DNA from: Fistulifera solaris
Taxonomy: Eukaryota
Direction: 5' to 3'
Length of the DNA stretch: 64,000 bases
Assembly (NCBI GenBank): GCA_030295235.1
Contig: AP026157.1
Coordinates: 124,001 to 188,000 of the forward strand
In this document: positions 11,360 to 23,829 of the stretch, piece after piece
Layout: the number at the start of each line of letters is the position of its first letter
Numbering within the stretch: the first letter of the stretch is position 1
Translations under genes and position numbers: made by a program
Notes under the pieces: generated by a model
The model's input: the letters and a program-made list of their open reading frames with translations, nothing else
Databases searched by the model: none
What the model was told of the DNA's origin: nothing

Positions 11360-12475
11360 ATGCTCTATTATTACGCTTCTCCTCTTTGGTTTACCGCCAT
11401 GATACCGTTGGCAGTCTTGTATTCGGTGACGTGTAACGTGCTGTGGCGACCGCCGAGGATGCCGCTGACGGCTTCTTCGTCAGCCAGAAAGGGCCTCGCC
11501 ATTGTCACGGGCGCCAATACAGGGATCGGATTTGAAGCGGCACGCGCGTTAGCCAACGAGTATGAAGTCATTTTGGCCTGTCGTTCCCTGAAAAAAGGAA
11601 AAGCGGCCGTGCAAGCAACCGTTGACGAATTTCCACAAGCCCGCGTCCGTGCAATGCTCCTGGATTTAACATCACGTGAATCGATTCGTTCCTTTGCACA
11701 GTCATTTCCTCCAGACTCGATTGCCGTTTTAATCAACAACGCGGGCCGCAATACGGATCCTCCATCGGATCACCACAGTGTACTCTTTCAAACCAATTTT
11801 GTCGGCCATTTTGATCTCACAAAACAATTGATGCCGGCCTTTCAAGCGAATGCACGTCTGGTACAAGTCTCTTCCGTCATGCATCATTTCGCACCGTACG
11901 AAGAACAGTGGACCGATCCGCAATTCTGGAAACAAGTGGCGGGAGCGTCCCCGATGCGGGACCGGTATTCCTTGTCGAAACTCGCCGCCATTCTTTTTTC
12001 CGTCCAACTGAATCGACTACATGGGCACCACTTGCGATCGATTGCGGTAAATCCGGGCGCCGTGTAAGTACAAAGAGTGTGTCTCTCAATATACACTTGA
12101 TTCTTCTTCCTCTTATACATCTCTCCCAGCAATTCGGAGATTTGGAGAGACTATCCCGTGTGGATTCGGAAACTCTTTGCGTATATCTATTTAACGCCCC
12201 GACAAGGGGCCCAGACGTTGATGGCCGCGGCCGTGGGGGATTTTTTACAGCAAGACAATTTATATTTGCAGCCGTATCAACAACCGTGGTGGGGTACTCC
12301 GTTTCCGGCGTGGGAAATGTTGGGACCCTTTGTGGGACACGTGGTGACACCGCCACGGTTGCGACACGATTATCATGCGGCGGCGGAGGCTTTGTGGACG
12401 GCCATGGAGGAGCTGTTGCGTGGAGAAGTAGTCATGAATGACACATCTTGGACGGAGGCAGGAGATGAGTTGTAG
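11360..12475 (+). CDS. Short-chain dehydrogenase/reductase (RDH/WWOX-like), 2 exons (intron 12064-12129)
   Basis: TGANTGIG, LINNAG, YSLSK catalytic motif; removing the GTAAGT...CAG intron restores NPGAVNSEIWR. Confidence 0.9.
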
Positions 12476-13013
12476 GCTGTACCAGGTAGGCTGTATTGGG
12501 GAAAACAAAGCCGAAACAAAGCAGGAGGAGTTGTATCTAGTTCCCTCAACGCATACTACAATACGAGGTGTCAGCGCACCGGTACCCACTGCGCGTCGGC
12601 GAACACTTCTCCTAACAATCCTTTCGGATTTATCAGAAACGTCAGTACTACATTCTGACATTCCCAAAAATGGTAGTACACTAAAACTCATAATATGAAA
12701 GCCGTATCGCTCTTTGTTTAAGATGGAAACAAGATTACTTAGAGGCCACGCGCCGGTCGAATCGCTTATCGGGTCACTCCAAACTCCAAATTAATTTTTC
12801 TGACCTTCTTTTGCTTTTGTTGCATTTTGTCGTTGCAACTCTTTCTTCATGTAATCCCAAGGTTTGAAGGAACATTTAAGTCGTCAGAATAGTGATAAAA
12901 GCAGTTTCAAGGAGAAAAAATTGAGGAATGCCATCGACATACGGTTGAATAGAACAACACAACAACAATCATCACATTCGAGCGGCCGATCCAAGAAGAA
13001 TCATCGAAACAAT

Positions 13014-14195
13014 ATGGGAAATTCCACATCGGCAACGTGTACACACCCATTCGGAAATGTTCGAAAGAAGCAAACAGAACGCGGTGGGTCCCCGGACCTC
13101 CATATTCATTTTGCGGTTTCCGAAATGAAAGGCTACCGACTGACGATGGAAGACACGCACCTGCACGCCGTGGGACATCTTCCGGTCCATGGAGCGACCA
13201 TACTCACCGATCACTCTTTATTTGGAGTTTTTGACGGACACGGAGGGGATTTTACGTCCCAATTTTTGGCGGCGAATTTCATGGGAATCTTTTCACGGCA
13301 AGAAGAATTGTTGGACTATCTGGATTTACCGGAAACCGGTGACACGAGTCGAAGCGATGTCAATGGTCTGGCCTTATTACAAGCCGCTTTAACAAATACA
13401 TTTTTGGAACTGGACGAGCAATTACGACCTTTGCAAGAAGAACGGACGGAAGGACTGCGGAATGGTACGCTCCAAGCGTCCGTTTCGAATGACGATTTCT
13501 CGTCTTCAACAAAACACAAGGAAGAAAAATCCGGATCCACGGCTGTCATTGTACTCGTGACACCCGCCCACATTCTGTGTGCCAATACGGGCGATTCGCG
13601 CGCCATACTGCGCCGGGGTGGCCAAACACTCCCACTCAGCATGGATCACAAACCGTCGGAATTGCCGGAACGACTGAGGATCCACGAATGGAGTGGTTTT
13701 GTGAAAGGCAAACGCGTCAATGGGGATTTGGCGGTAAGTCGCGCGTTTGGGGATTTTGTCTACAAAGACAATGGGGATCCATCGGGTCAATACACGAGTC
13801 GACGACTCGCGTCGCAACAAAAAGTCATTGTCACACCCGATTTCGTGGTGTATCCACGGAACGACGCCCAAGATGAATTTTTTATACTGGCGTGCGACGG
13901 TGTCTGGGATGTGGCGAGCAATCAACAATTGTCAGAGTTTGTATGTAAAATGCTAGCGGACGGTGAAGTTGATTTGGGGAATATTTGTGAAGAATGCCTC
14001 GACACGTGTTTGGATCGTCAAAGTCGGGACAATATGACCATGATGTTGGTCAGTTTACCGGGAATATCCATGAACCACAGCTCCTCCGCCGCGCTGAACA
14101 ATGCATTATGGGGGACAAGAACAGCACGTTATGCGAAGAATATGTTTGCCGCGCCTTGCACGCTAGGGAGTGTTTCGCAATCCGTGGAAGTGTAA
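13014..14195 (+). CDS. Protein phosphatase 2C (PPM family), probable N-myristoylated MGNSTS start
   Basis: MKGYRLTMED, GVFDGHGG, CANTGDSRA, DHKP, LAVSRAFGD, ILACDGVWDV, SRDNMT. Confidence 0.95.
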   Translation: MGNSTSATCTHPFGNVRKKQTERGGSPDLHIHFAVSEMKGYRLTMEDTHLHAVGHLPVHGATILTDHSLFGVFDGHGGDFTSQFLAANFMGIFSRQEELLDYLDLPETGDTSRSDVNGLALLQAALTNTFLELDEQLRPLQEERTEGLRNGTLQASVSNDDFSSSTKHKEEKSGSTAVIVLVTPAHILCANTGDSRAILRRGGQTLPLSMDHKPSELPERLRIHEWSGFVKGKRVNGDLAVSRAFGDFVYKDNGDPSGQYTSRRLASQQKVIVTPDFVVYPRNDAQDEFFILACDGVWDVASNQQLSEFVCKMLADGEVDLGNICEECLDTCLDRQSRDNMTMMLVSLPGISMNHSSSAALNNALWGTRTARYAKNMFAAPCTLGSVSQSVEV

Positions 14196-14859
14196 ATTAG
14201 AATTTATCATTTTACGCCAACTAGATGATTGGTACGCTCTAGTTGTTCACGCGACCGGACTGACTCATACACGACTTGGACTCGTGCCCGGAAAAAGTCC
14301 TCACGTGGCGTCGAAAAATTTGCTACAGTGCCACAAAACTGCACTGCTAAGTAGTTTTGTTTGAATTGTACTTAATATTACTTACTTAGCATTCAAGGGT
14401 CGGAGTGGAGTTCTGCATTTAGTTCAAAATACGCCAGACATGTCCGTTGTAATATCAACGGACAACAAATTTGGACGGTGCCGCGTTGGCACGTGCTATG
14501 TGTAGTACAGCCCCAGCTCTTTTGTCGTTCGACTGTCGAATAGATAGTTCCAGGAGCCAGAATCACCGACAAAGAGTAGAAAGCGCAATCCTCCGCCGCC
14601 GCGATCGAGCACCTCGATCGATCGACCGCAACAATAATACCATCGAACGCTATTCCTCTAGAGGGTGAATTGCTTGTTCTCTTGGATGAAAGCAATCTAA
14701 AAGGATCGCCAGTTACTTCCTCTTTCGTTTATTCGAGTGACGAAGAAGCCACATCGTTTCCGAAAGCCGAGGCAATAAGGAAACGTCACCGAAACAAGGC
14801 GACACTTTTGATTTTCTTTGATTATTTTTTCCTTGACAACTTACCTTTAGTGAACAAGC

Positions 14860-17800
14860 ATGAGAAAAGCGGTCGCCCAAGTCGCTTCCAAAGCACGCGG
14901 CAACAATACTACTAGTAGTAGTAAACGAAATCGCGATGATACTGCTTCTTCGTCGAGATCCCTATCACCGTCCAAGAGAGCCATTTCACCACCGAAACGA
15001 AGCAACAAAGAAGTATCGAATGTCAAATCGCACACGCAAATGACTCCCGATGAAGCCGCTCTCGCCGCAAAGAACTATCGTTTGGCCAAAGAATTGGTAA
15101 GAATGCTGTTGATAGATGCGAGAGAGGGCGCCTTGTCGAGATTCAACTGGAATGAAGGACTCACAATGATTATTTGTTTCCTATTTTCAGAGTGAATTGC
15201 GAGTACGGCATCGCGAAGAAAGTAAAACGGTGACCAAATTGACGATGGAAAATGTACGTACTGCGATTGTAAGACTATTCTTGTCGTGCCGTCTTTCTCA
15301 TCCTTTCGCGAGCAGATGACGTTGGCCTCCAAATGTCGGGAAGTGATGCAACAAGCCGCCCTTTATAAACAACAATTGGAGCAACAAAAAGCGACCATGG
15401 CCAGTTTACAGCGTCAGAACAGTTCGGAAGTAAAAGTGACAGATTTGTCTCCCGTGCTAGTATCGTCGGATGATTTTGAAGAGCGTGACTTTTCGACCGA
15501 GTCGTCGGAAATAACATCGACTCCTCCTATGCTCATCAGTCCATCGAAAGCCGAAAGTCCACTGCGCGAATCATCGCCTCTTCGGTTCTTTCCGCCATCC
15601 TCGCCGCGAAAAACAGCGTACAATGAAGAATTTCCCAGTGACATCATTACACCCAAAGTAACCTCACGTCGTGCGAATTTTCACAAAATGGGGAGTTTCG
15701 AGGAACTCGAATGTGAAGATGAGATCGAGTTGGAGGCACCCGAGTCGTCGAAACACCGGGATGCGCCGGGAGTATTGGAAGAGAAAAAACAAAGTGATAT
15801 GAGTAGTTTGGACGCGTTTGAGGCATCCTTCCAGACGGATTTTGCACGGAGCTTTTCTTCCAGCGACACTATTGTCCCTCCGAGTCAGAATGAAATTTAT
15901 GATCCGTTCTCGAACAGTCCGGTAAAACTCCATCTGAGTGCCGCGACACCCATCATTGAAAAGCCCTACGAAGCGGAACCGCGTTCGCCTTCGCGAGGTG
16001 CCTTTGCCAGTGATCCACCCGGGGTTGATAAAACATCCACACGGCCGAATGGTCCTTTGTCGAACGAGTCGAAAAGCAAAGGGATTCCGCCTCCTCCGCC
16101 GCCTCGCGTCAAGACTGCATCCAAGAAAGGCAATACCTCATCCAAGCAAAGCCAATCCACTACGGTACCAAAAGTTACGAAACCTGGGCTATCGGAACAA
16201 TCGATCGCTTCACCCCAATCGGAGGTTTTATCAACTAAAGCAGAAAGTGCGTCTAAGAACAAAGGATCGGAAAATTCGCCAAAGCAAAGTCAATCCGCTG
16301 CGGTACCCAAAACGACCAAGTCATTGCTGATGGAACAGCCTATCTCATTCCTGGAGTCGGGCGGTGTAGTGGCCCCGGCAGAAATGGCCTTTAAGGACAA
16401 AGTACCAGTTATATCACCAAAGCAGAGTCAAACAGAGCCGTTTACGAAGCCAGCGGAACAGTCTATCGCGTCATCGACTGAGGTGGCAGCAGATAGTGTA
16501 TCATCGACCAAGGTTTCTGTAAAATCACCAAAGCAGAGTCAAACAGCTTCTGTATTAAGTATGACGAAACCAGTGCATTCGGAACACACTCCTGCATCAC
16601 TTGATTCGAGTATCGTTAAATCGCCAGTCGACAACGGAACAAAGAAAAAGGCGAACTCGGCGTCAAAGTCCATTTCACCAGCTCCGTTGGAAGAAACCAA
16701 AAATGTTTCAAATAAAGTATCATTGGCAGAGCAAGTTCTGACAGTCCAATCAAAAGCGGCTTTGCTGTTGTCGACTCCTGTATTGCCAAAAGTGGATGAC
16801 TTGTCAACGGCTCATTCGATAAATAGTGAATCGACTCCAAAATTACCGACAAGTTCTGACAAAATTGAAAAGGAAAAAGGGAAGTCTGTCTCGCCGCGTG
16901 CATCATCAAAGAGGGACAAGCCTACTGTGCCGGCGCAACCACCAGCGAACGCGACTCATCGATCACTAAAAGAGGACGAAAGGGCTGCAGTGGACCAGGC
17001 GAAAACCGTTTCCTCTACCGAGAAGTCGATGGAGTCGTCGAACGTCAACAAAGAGTCAATAAGGACAACTTCATCTGATTCGCCCACATCTGATAAACAA
17101 GCCGAAGTGGATTCAAACAAGGTGAATACTCCTCTTCATGTGCCGGCTATCGCATTACCTGTTGTTCCAAAAGAAAGCGTCACATCGAGTATTGGGCTGA
17201 CTTCATCTGAGTCGGCAGTTAATCCAAAAGAAAGACATAGTGCATCGGGAGCGACTTCGGCAGATGCTTTATCAACCGATATAATTTCATCTTCTGGTGT
17301 CTCTGAAAGTGATCCGACGCGTGCTCAAAATCTAAAATCTACAGAAATGGCGAAATTAGCGGATTTCTTGCCGCAACCTGTAAAGTCTTTGGTGTCTGAA
17401 GCCGCATCATCGACTCCTGTTTTGAAAAATGTTACACTTGTCGAATCTTCAACCTCAGAGAAAGCGATGACGAATGAAAGGATGATAGAGACTAATGCTT
17501 TGGCTTCTGAAACATTGGTCTTAAACCAAGGAACTTTATCGACTACAACGACTGAAATACCGTCTTTTTTCGACGACTCCCAGCGAGTAACACCATCGAT
17601 TTCCTCTATAGCTGGATCGTATGTGAGCCCTAGCCCGTCTGGGCAACGCCAGGCAAGAGTAACTCCTTCTCCGGTGCTCACTTCATTCACAAAACACATC
17701 CAAGAAACGGAGCTACAGCGCAAGGAGTTTGAGACTACCAGTCCGAGTGCCGCTTTGACTTCGGTTAATAGCCAAACAGCACCCCAATCTCCGAAAAAAT

Positions 17801-18591
17801 GGCCACCTGTCTCTGTGCCTGCGGTTTCCCCGTCAAAAGCAAAAGATGCGTACTCAGCAGACCTTTTCTCCAATGAAGCATCGACCTCAAAAATGAACGG
17901 TGTAACAAGTAGGCCTCAATCTTCACCATGGGCGAAAACTCGATCCTATGTTGCAGAAGGTCCTGGACAACGATCCTTAAAAAATAATGGCGGCGCGTCA
18001 ATATTCCCAAAAACTTCACCCTCGCTACAAGCACCAAAAAAGGTCGAAGAACCTGCTTTTAATGGAAATGGCAGTTCATCTAGTATTCGAAGCCGGGAGT
18101 CGAGTTTTCAAAGTGCATCGTCTCCGTTTCGAAACAGCTTTGGCGAGACACGACCTACGTGGGCGAAAAACGTAACTAATGAGGACTACGCCGAGTCATC
18201 GGATGCTAACTTAAGTCCATCTGCCCTGCGGAGATCTTGGCATGCAGGTGCTTCTCGTTCAGCTTCCTCTAAACCAGTGGAAAGTCGCCCGTGGCAGACC
18301 GAATCTTCCAAATCATCGTTGCCACAGCAAGATGAAACGTTGAAAGCGCTGTCCAGCATACACAGAAATAGTTACATCGGTAATCATAGCCCGGTGCAGA
18401 GTTTCAAACCGACTATGAAGATCAAGGAGCTTGCAGCGGCATTTGAATCTCGCTCGCCGGAAAAATCGTATGTTACTTCCTGTGATGCATCAACACCATC
18501 GGATGAAGAGTGTGGAGAGATTCCCATGGTTTCGCCTCCGCGGGTAGAGGAAGTCAGGAAATCATTGACTAGACAATTTGGACATATATAA
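14860..18591 (+). CDS. Large Ser/Pro-rich disordered protein with N-terminal coiled coil; 3 exons (14860-15096, 15191-15253, 15316-18591)
   Basis: GT-AG introns join in frame to give ...KNYRLAKEL-SELRVRHREESKTVTKLTMEN-MTLASKCRE...; the remainder is low complexity. Confidence 0.75.
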
Positions 18592-18723
18592 GCATTGGAA
18601 GATGAGGGGATGGGTTTTGATAAGATACAAATGTTAATTGTAAATTTATAAGTGTGGGGCAACTATGAATTATTTTTTAGACTTTTTTTTCATTTTTCTA
18701 CTGAGAGACCTTCTTGTGACTAT

Positions 18724-20906
18724 CTAAGGAAACCAAACGAAGACCACCAACAGGCTCAGCGCTGACCACAGCGACGACATCATGCTGGACCAGGACGATT
18801 CTGTTCCTAATCCACCATCACCGCCGTATTGCGTCAAGTCGTATCGCGTGGTGCTTCCTTCCCAGTTGGCCATATCCGCCATGGCGGCCTTTAACTCGGT
18901 GGGTTCGGCCAGTGTAGGTCCTGCATAACGCCAATTGGGGAATCCTGTCACAGCCACACCCGCGAGTGATTCTGGCAGAGCGCTCCCTTCAATACCACAA
19001 TCTTCTCCGCAATCGGACCTCCAGCCACCTTCACCCCAAGTCATGCCGACGATGAAGTTGGGCGTGTCGGTATCATCTAAACAATACACAAATAAGTTAT
19101 CTCCGTCTGGATTCAAAGCAAACGATTTGCTATTGTTCATGAGCGGCCACTCTTCATCTTTGTTGCCACCAAAGTACCCAAATAACTGATTCACCGCCAG
19201 TCCTTCCGAAGGAATAGTGAACTGTTGCGGTAGAGAGGGTAAGAAAAGACACAGAAACTAGCACCCGCAACAGTAAGAATGGTATGGACACAATCAACTC
19301 CACCAGTACGTACCGTGCGCGTTCCTTCGGTATCCACTAAATGGGTTCCATTCCACGCATTGTCCGTCAAATACAGCGTTCCGACACTGGCGGGAATGGT
19401 CGCTACCGTGAAGAAGGCAATTTCATCCGGTTCGACCGCATTCAACGCCCACACTTGCAAATCTCCTTTTGCACGCGAGCACACTCGGCCGTCCCTTGCG
19501 CCGGCGGTGCTACTTCACCACCGTCAAAGTCTTCCATGACCACAGGCGCCGAGGTCGGACCCTCTTGCACACCTTCCACACGGAACGTCATGGCACCATT
19601 GTCCAATTGCGTAATGTTACTGATCCGAATGTTGGTCGGCCCATTGAAGTACGTATCGGTATTGGGATGATCCGGTCCCGGCCCCAATTCCATACCCGGC
19701 AGAAACAAATCTCCCGCATCACCATCATTCTCTCCCTTTTCGAGATGAAATTGTCCATCCGCTTGAATGAGACGGAATTTGTAATGCGTATCGGGCCACT
19801 GTTCCGTTCCCGGATACGACCACGTCCCGAACCGGTCTTGCACATTTTCGTCCCAGTGATAAATCAACAAACCACCGACGCCACCGGGCAATTCGGCATC
19901 CGATCCAATGGGTTGACGATTTTCAATCACCAACGATTCACCGGTGGGAAAATGCGTCTTGATGATATAATAATCGGGAAACAAGATGGAAGGCCGGATC
20001 GTATAGACCCCATCGACGGTAATTTCCAAAAATTCCGGAATCCATCCGGCCCGATCTTTGGAAAACGGACTCAACGAGGACGGTTTCGATAAATCTTTCG
20101 CAAATCCCCCGGTCGTGGCCATTAAATCCCACGCCCCCAATCCACCGACACCGCCCCCAATACGGTCCCATCGTAGGTGTCAATGGGAATGGGACCCGTC
20201 GGGGGTCCCAATCCGGTGGGCGGATCGGGTTTTCCGACTAACGTATGCACCCATTCGTGCACAATCACACCCATGTGCGCAAATTGATCAAAGTTGCACG
20301 TACGCACGTACGGTGTCGCAATGACGTATCCGCCCAATTCCACAAAAGTGGAAGGATCCATCCAAGCCCCATCGGAAGCCGGTCCACCTTGACTCATGAA
20401 TCGATTCAACACATTGTTGGCTTGACAATCGACTCCGGAATTTCCATCGACAGCGGAAAATCCCGAATGAATGACGACCGTATTGTCCATATAACCATCA
20501 CCATCCGCATCAAAGTCCATCACGTTAAAGGAAGGATCGTTGGCACTGAGATCGTCCAAAATGGGGACAAAAAGGCGGCCGCTTCCAGGGCTCCCATTTT
20601 TCCCGAAACCCCGCCCGCATAATGTGCCTCGGTATTGTCGGTGACTTTCCAGTCCTTTATAGTACAACTAATATTGTATTGCTGATACGATTGTTCTTGA
20701 AAATACGGTCGAATATGGTTGCGACACAAATCGTCATAATATTGCGCCGTGGGCAAATTGCGACCATCGACATGATCACGGAATTGGACCAACAACCACA
20801 AAATGTTGAATTCGCCTTGGCTCGGTGACAATTGGCGGGGTGAGGCGTTGCTGGTCGACGATGCGAGCAACGAAAGAAGGAATGTTGTTGCGGTAGTGAA
20901 TTTCAT
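18724..20906 (-). CDS. Secreted, probably GPI-anchored M6 (immune inhibitor A-like) metalloprotease; intron 19222-19313; apparent frameshifts near 20570, 20155 and 19490
   Basis: Signal peptide MKFTTATTFLLSLLASS; LLVQFRDH; YFQEQSY; FDADGDGYMDNTVVIHSG; GVIVHEWVH (HExxH); GAWDLMA; LVIENRQPIGSD; GLLIYHWDE; LIQADGQFHLE..NDGDAGDLF; hydrophobic C-terminus SLWSALSLLVVFVWFP*. Confidence 0.85.
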
Positions 20907-21581
20907 GATTGTATTATTTATTTCTTTCTTTTTTAAAACAGAAGGAACACAACTATTTTGGAGGAAAGAAGCATATGCAGGAAGCCGATGGTTTTGTGAT
21001 CGCACGATGCGAGGGTCATGGAGATCTTTATTCTACAGGTCATCGGAAGCGGTCATCATTCGGTCATTCGGTGTTCTCTCTCTGGCACTTCCGTAGTATT
21101 ATCATGTGTTTGGTAGTCATCGTTGTACTTTCTACCGCACATTATCCTAAGATTGTGACTTTCCGTATGTACGCCGGCCGCCAAAACTACGATCGACTTT
21201 CTTTGGACTGGACCGCGTTTTTTGTCGCACCAGTATCCGTTGGAGTACCGGTATTCCAAGCGTTGAAGTGCAGCCACGAGGCAGACGTGTGCTGGCGCGT
21301 GCTGGAAGAGACGAAAAAAAAGTCCATCCATCCGATGTTTTTTTTTTTTTTTTTTTTGTTGTTGTTGCGTTGTTTGTTGTTTGTCATCCACTAACATCCA
21401 TCCATCAACAACAACACTGAAGATTCACTCCTTCATTCCTTCATTTGTTTCATTGCATCAACGAAAGGCCAACGCGATCGCACGTCGTTGATTTACATTC
21501 ATTTGACACGACGATCGTAAGAGAAGCCTCCCTTGTACTCTTTGCGTCATATACAATAGAACGCGACGCAACGCAACAATC

Positions 21582-22442
21582 ATGGATCATTCGAACAACA
21601 ACAACAATAACAATAACAACAATCATCATGAGGTTGACTTTTCGCCCGAAGACATTCAAGCCTTATTGGCGGGTGTCGGACCCGATCATATCATGTATTA
21701 CGATCATCATACCGAAATGAATAGTCCCAGCTTAACGGCAACCGCGAGCCACTCGAACACTGTGAGTCACGCGTCGTTGCAGCATCGAGACGAGGATGAC
21801 AACAACAAACGCAGCAAACTACAACCAGAACAAGACACACCGGCCGATCGCATTGAACGAAAACGTCGTCTCGAAAAACAACGTCGTTGCGAAGTCAATT
21901 TGCAATTTCAACACTTGCAGGCCTGCCTGAAACAATTGGAGCAAGACAATTGTGAACCCCTGCACGGCTTACCCGCATACAGTCCGGCGAATCGCGTCGA
22001 ATTGCTGGGACGCACTGTCGCCGTTCTGGAAGCTTACCATCAGGCGCATCAACAATTGTTGCAAGAAGTGCAACACCTCACTCAGGAATGTGAACGAGCG
22101 CAAAAAGCCGGAGAAGAAACGGCGGCCAAACTCAAAGAACAATTGTCGGCACCGCAAGCCGTCGGCAACAATAAAGTCATGATGATGGTTCCCATGATCA
22201 TTGGTGGTAACAATAACGAAATGACGCCGTATATGCCCAATATGATGGGCGACGCCAACAGTCAATGGATGTTTCCACCGCAAGCCATGATGATGCCGTC
22301 TCCGTTCATGATGGCGCCGGCACAAGGAGGGCAACCAGCACCTACGGCCACGGGAAAGACGGAACGATCCTCGAATGACAGCAGTCCTTCATCTTCGACC
22401 AACAGTAACGAAATGGGAGGCAATTTGGCGCATTGTGCTTAA
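21582..22442 (+). CDS. bHLH transcription factor
   Basis: RKRRLEKQRRCEVNLQFQHLQACL...NRVELLGRTVAVLEAY basic-helix-loop-helix, followed by a coiled coil and Met/Pro-rich tail; poly-Asn near the N-terminus. Confidence 0.85.
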   Translation: MDHSNNNNNNNNNNHHEVDFSPEDIQALLAGVGPDHIMYYDHHTEMNSPSLTATASHSNTVSHASLQHRDEDDNNKRSKLQPEQDTPADRIERKRRLEKQRRCEVNLQFQHLQACLKQLEQDNCEPLHGLPAYSPANRVELLGRTVAVLEAYHQAHQQLLQEVQHLTQECERAQKAGEETAAKLKEQLSAPQAVGNNKVMMMVPMIIGGNNNEMTPYMPNMMGDANSQWMFPPQAMMMPSPFMMAPAQGGQPAPTATGKTERSSNDSSPSSSTNSNEMGGNLAHCA

Positions 22443-22543
22443 AAAATTAAATAAGAATGACACGGCTCAATCATTGAGTGAGTGATTGTTCAAGAATAAT
22501 AATAGTATAAGGTAGAAGCAATTTTACTATGTAGAATCGTCAG

Positions 22544-23461
22544 TCATCGATGTTGCGTGACATGGGTACAACCCATCCTTGCCAATTGACACAACAGGGC
22601 CGGATCGAGGGGTTGTGACACGTAGAGACGATAGGGTTGATACCGACGGGCACGACACGCCGTGGCGTACGTGTGCAACGCGCACGAAGAAACGATTTCG
22701 TGCACCAATTGGAGGTGCGGGACGCGATAGATTTGTCCGTACGTGACACCGTCGTCGTCGACGACCATCCGTAAGAGCCATTTCACTTTGGGATGGGTCG
22801 GTAACGAACGAACTTGTTGTGGTTCCATCGAAGGAGTATCGTGCGGCGAGACAGCACGATGAGGAAACTGCCACAAGTGCAACAAATCATTCGGAACTTC
22901 ATCATCATTATCACTCTGTGCTAGATCATGATAGTGCTGTTCGTCTTGTTGCGCTTGTTGTTCTTCTTGCTGACGTTGTTGCAACAGTTCTTGACACAAC
23001 AGTTTGGATTGCCGCACCGGCACCATGGCACGATCGAGGATCGTTTCCACGGATTCCAGCTCGGTGGAAGTCAAAAATGCCACCAAGGAAGGATCGTGTG
23101 TCGGAATGGCCCGTACTAATTGCTGTCGTTCTTCGAGAGTCAGAGTGCTGTAAAATTGTTCGGCCTCGTCGTACAGTTGGATCGCTCGCGTCCAATCGTC
23201 TTGTTGTTGCGCGACCGAACCCAATGTGACAGTCGCATAAAACCGACCCACAATCGTGGGACCGCTGTTGCTGGTAGAAGATCGAATGTGCTCCAAAACT
23301 TGATAGTAAGATTCTGGCAGATGGGGACGCAAGCAATTCAAGTACAGGTACACAACGTCCCACCAATCGGCATCGTCCGGATCGGCTTCTTGAATCATGC
23401 GAAGCGCATTCTCTTGAATCGAATTCCGTCGTATATCTTGAACACGGACTAATAAGGACAT
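22544..23461 (-). CDS. Hypothetical protein (helical, possibly TPR-like N-terminal half)
   Basis: 305-aa ORF with coding-like composition; ATVTLGSVAQQQDDWTRAIQLYDEA resembles a TPR helix pair. No family recognised. Confidence 0.6.
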   Translation of the reverse strand: MSLLVRVQDIRRNSIQENALRMIQEADPDDADWWDVVYLYLNCLRPHLPESYYQVLEHIRSSTSNSGPTIVGRFYATVTLGSVAQQQDDWTRAIQLYDEAEQFYSTLTLEERQQLVRAIPTHDPSLVAFLTSTELESVETILDRAMVPVRQSKLLCQELLQQRQQEEQQAQQDEQHYHDLAQSDNDDEVPNDLLHLWQFPHRAVSPHDTPSMEPQQVRSLPTHPKVKWLLRMVVDDDGVTYGQIYRVPHLQLVHEIVSSCALHTYATACRARRYQPYRLYVSQPLDPALLCQLARMGCTHVTQHR

Positions 23462-23829
23462 ATTTGTTGTGAGTTAGGTGTAATTGAGGATGATATGAAT
23501 GGCTTTTTGATGGGTCAAAATGAGAAGTGAATACGGTGGAAAAAGAGACGAAAAATAATGGGGGCATCGAAGAAAGGAGCGTTGTAATCTTTGTTTAGTA
23601 CACTCGAGTATCGATTTTCCTTTGAGCGAGTTTCATCCTGACTACAAAAAACAACCTACGAACGTTGGGAATACTGTCGAATACCGCACCGTCACGTCAC
23701 GCTTTACCCTGAACCTTTGTGTTCATCTTTTGACTTTTTTAGAGTAAAGATCGTTTGTGACGCCAACGAACCAACAGCCATGGTCGATCTTAATTCGTTG
23801 TACTATAGCAAACAACATCAACAACCAAA

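Noticed and set aside
20909..21397. ORFs spanning the poly-T tract
   Set aside because: Divergent promoter region between the protease and bHLH genes; poly-F and poly-K stretches come from the T-run.
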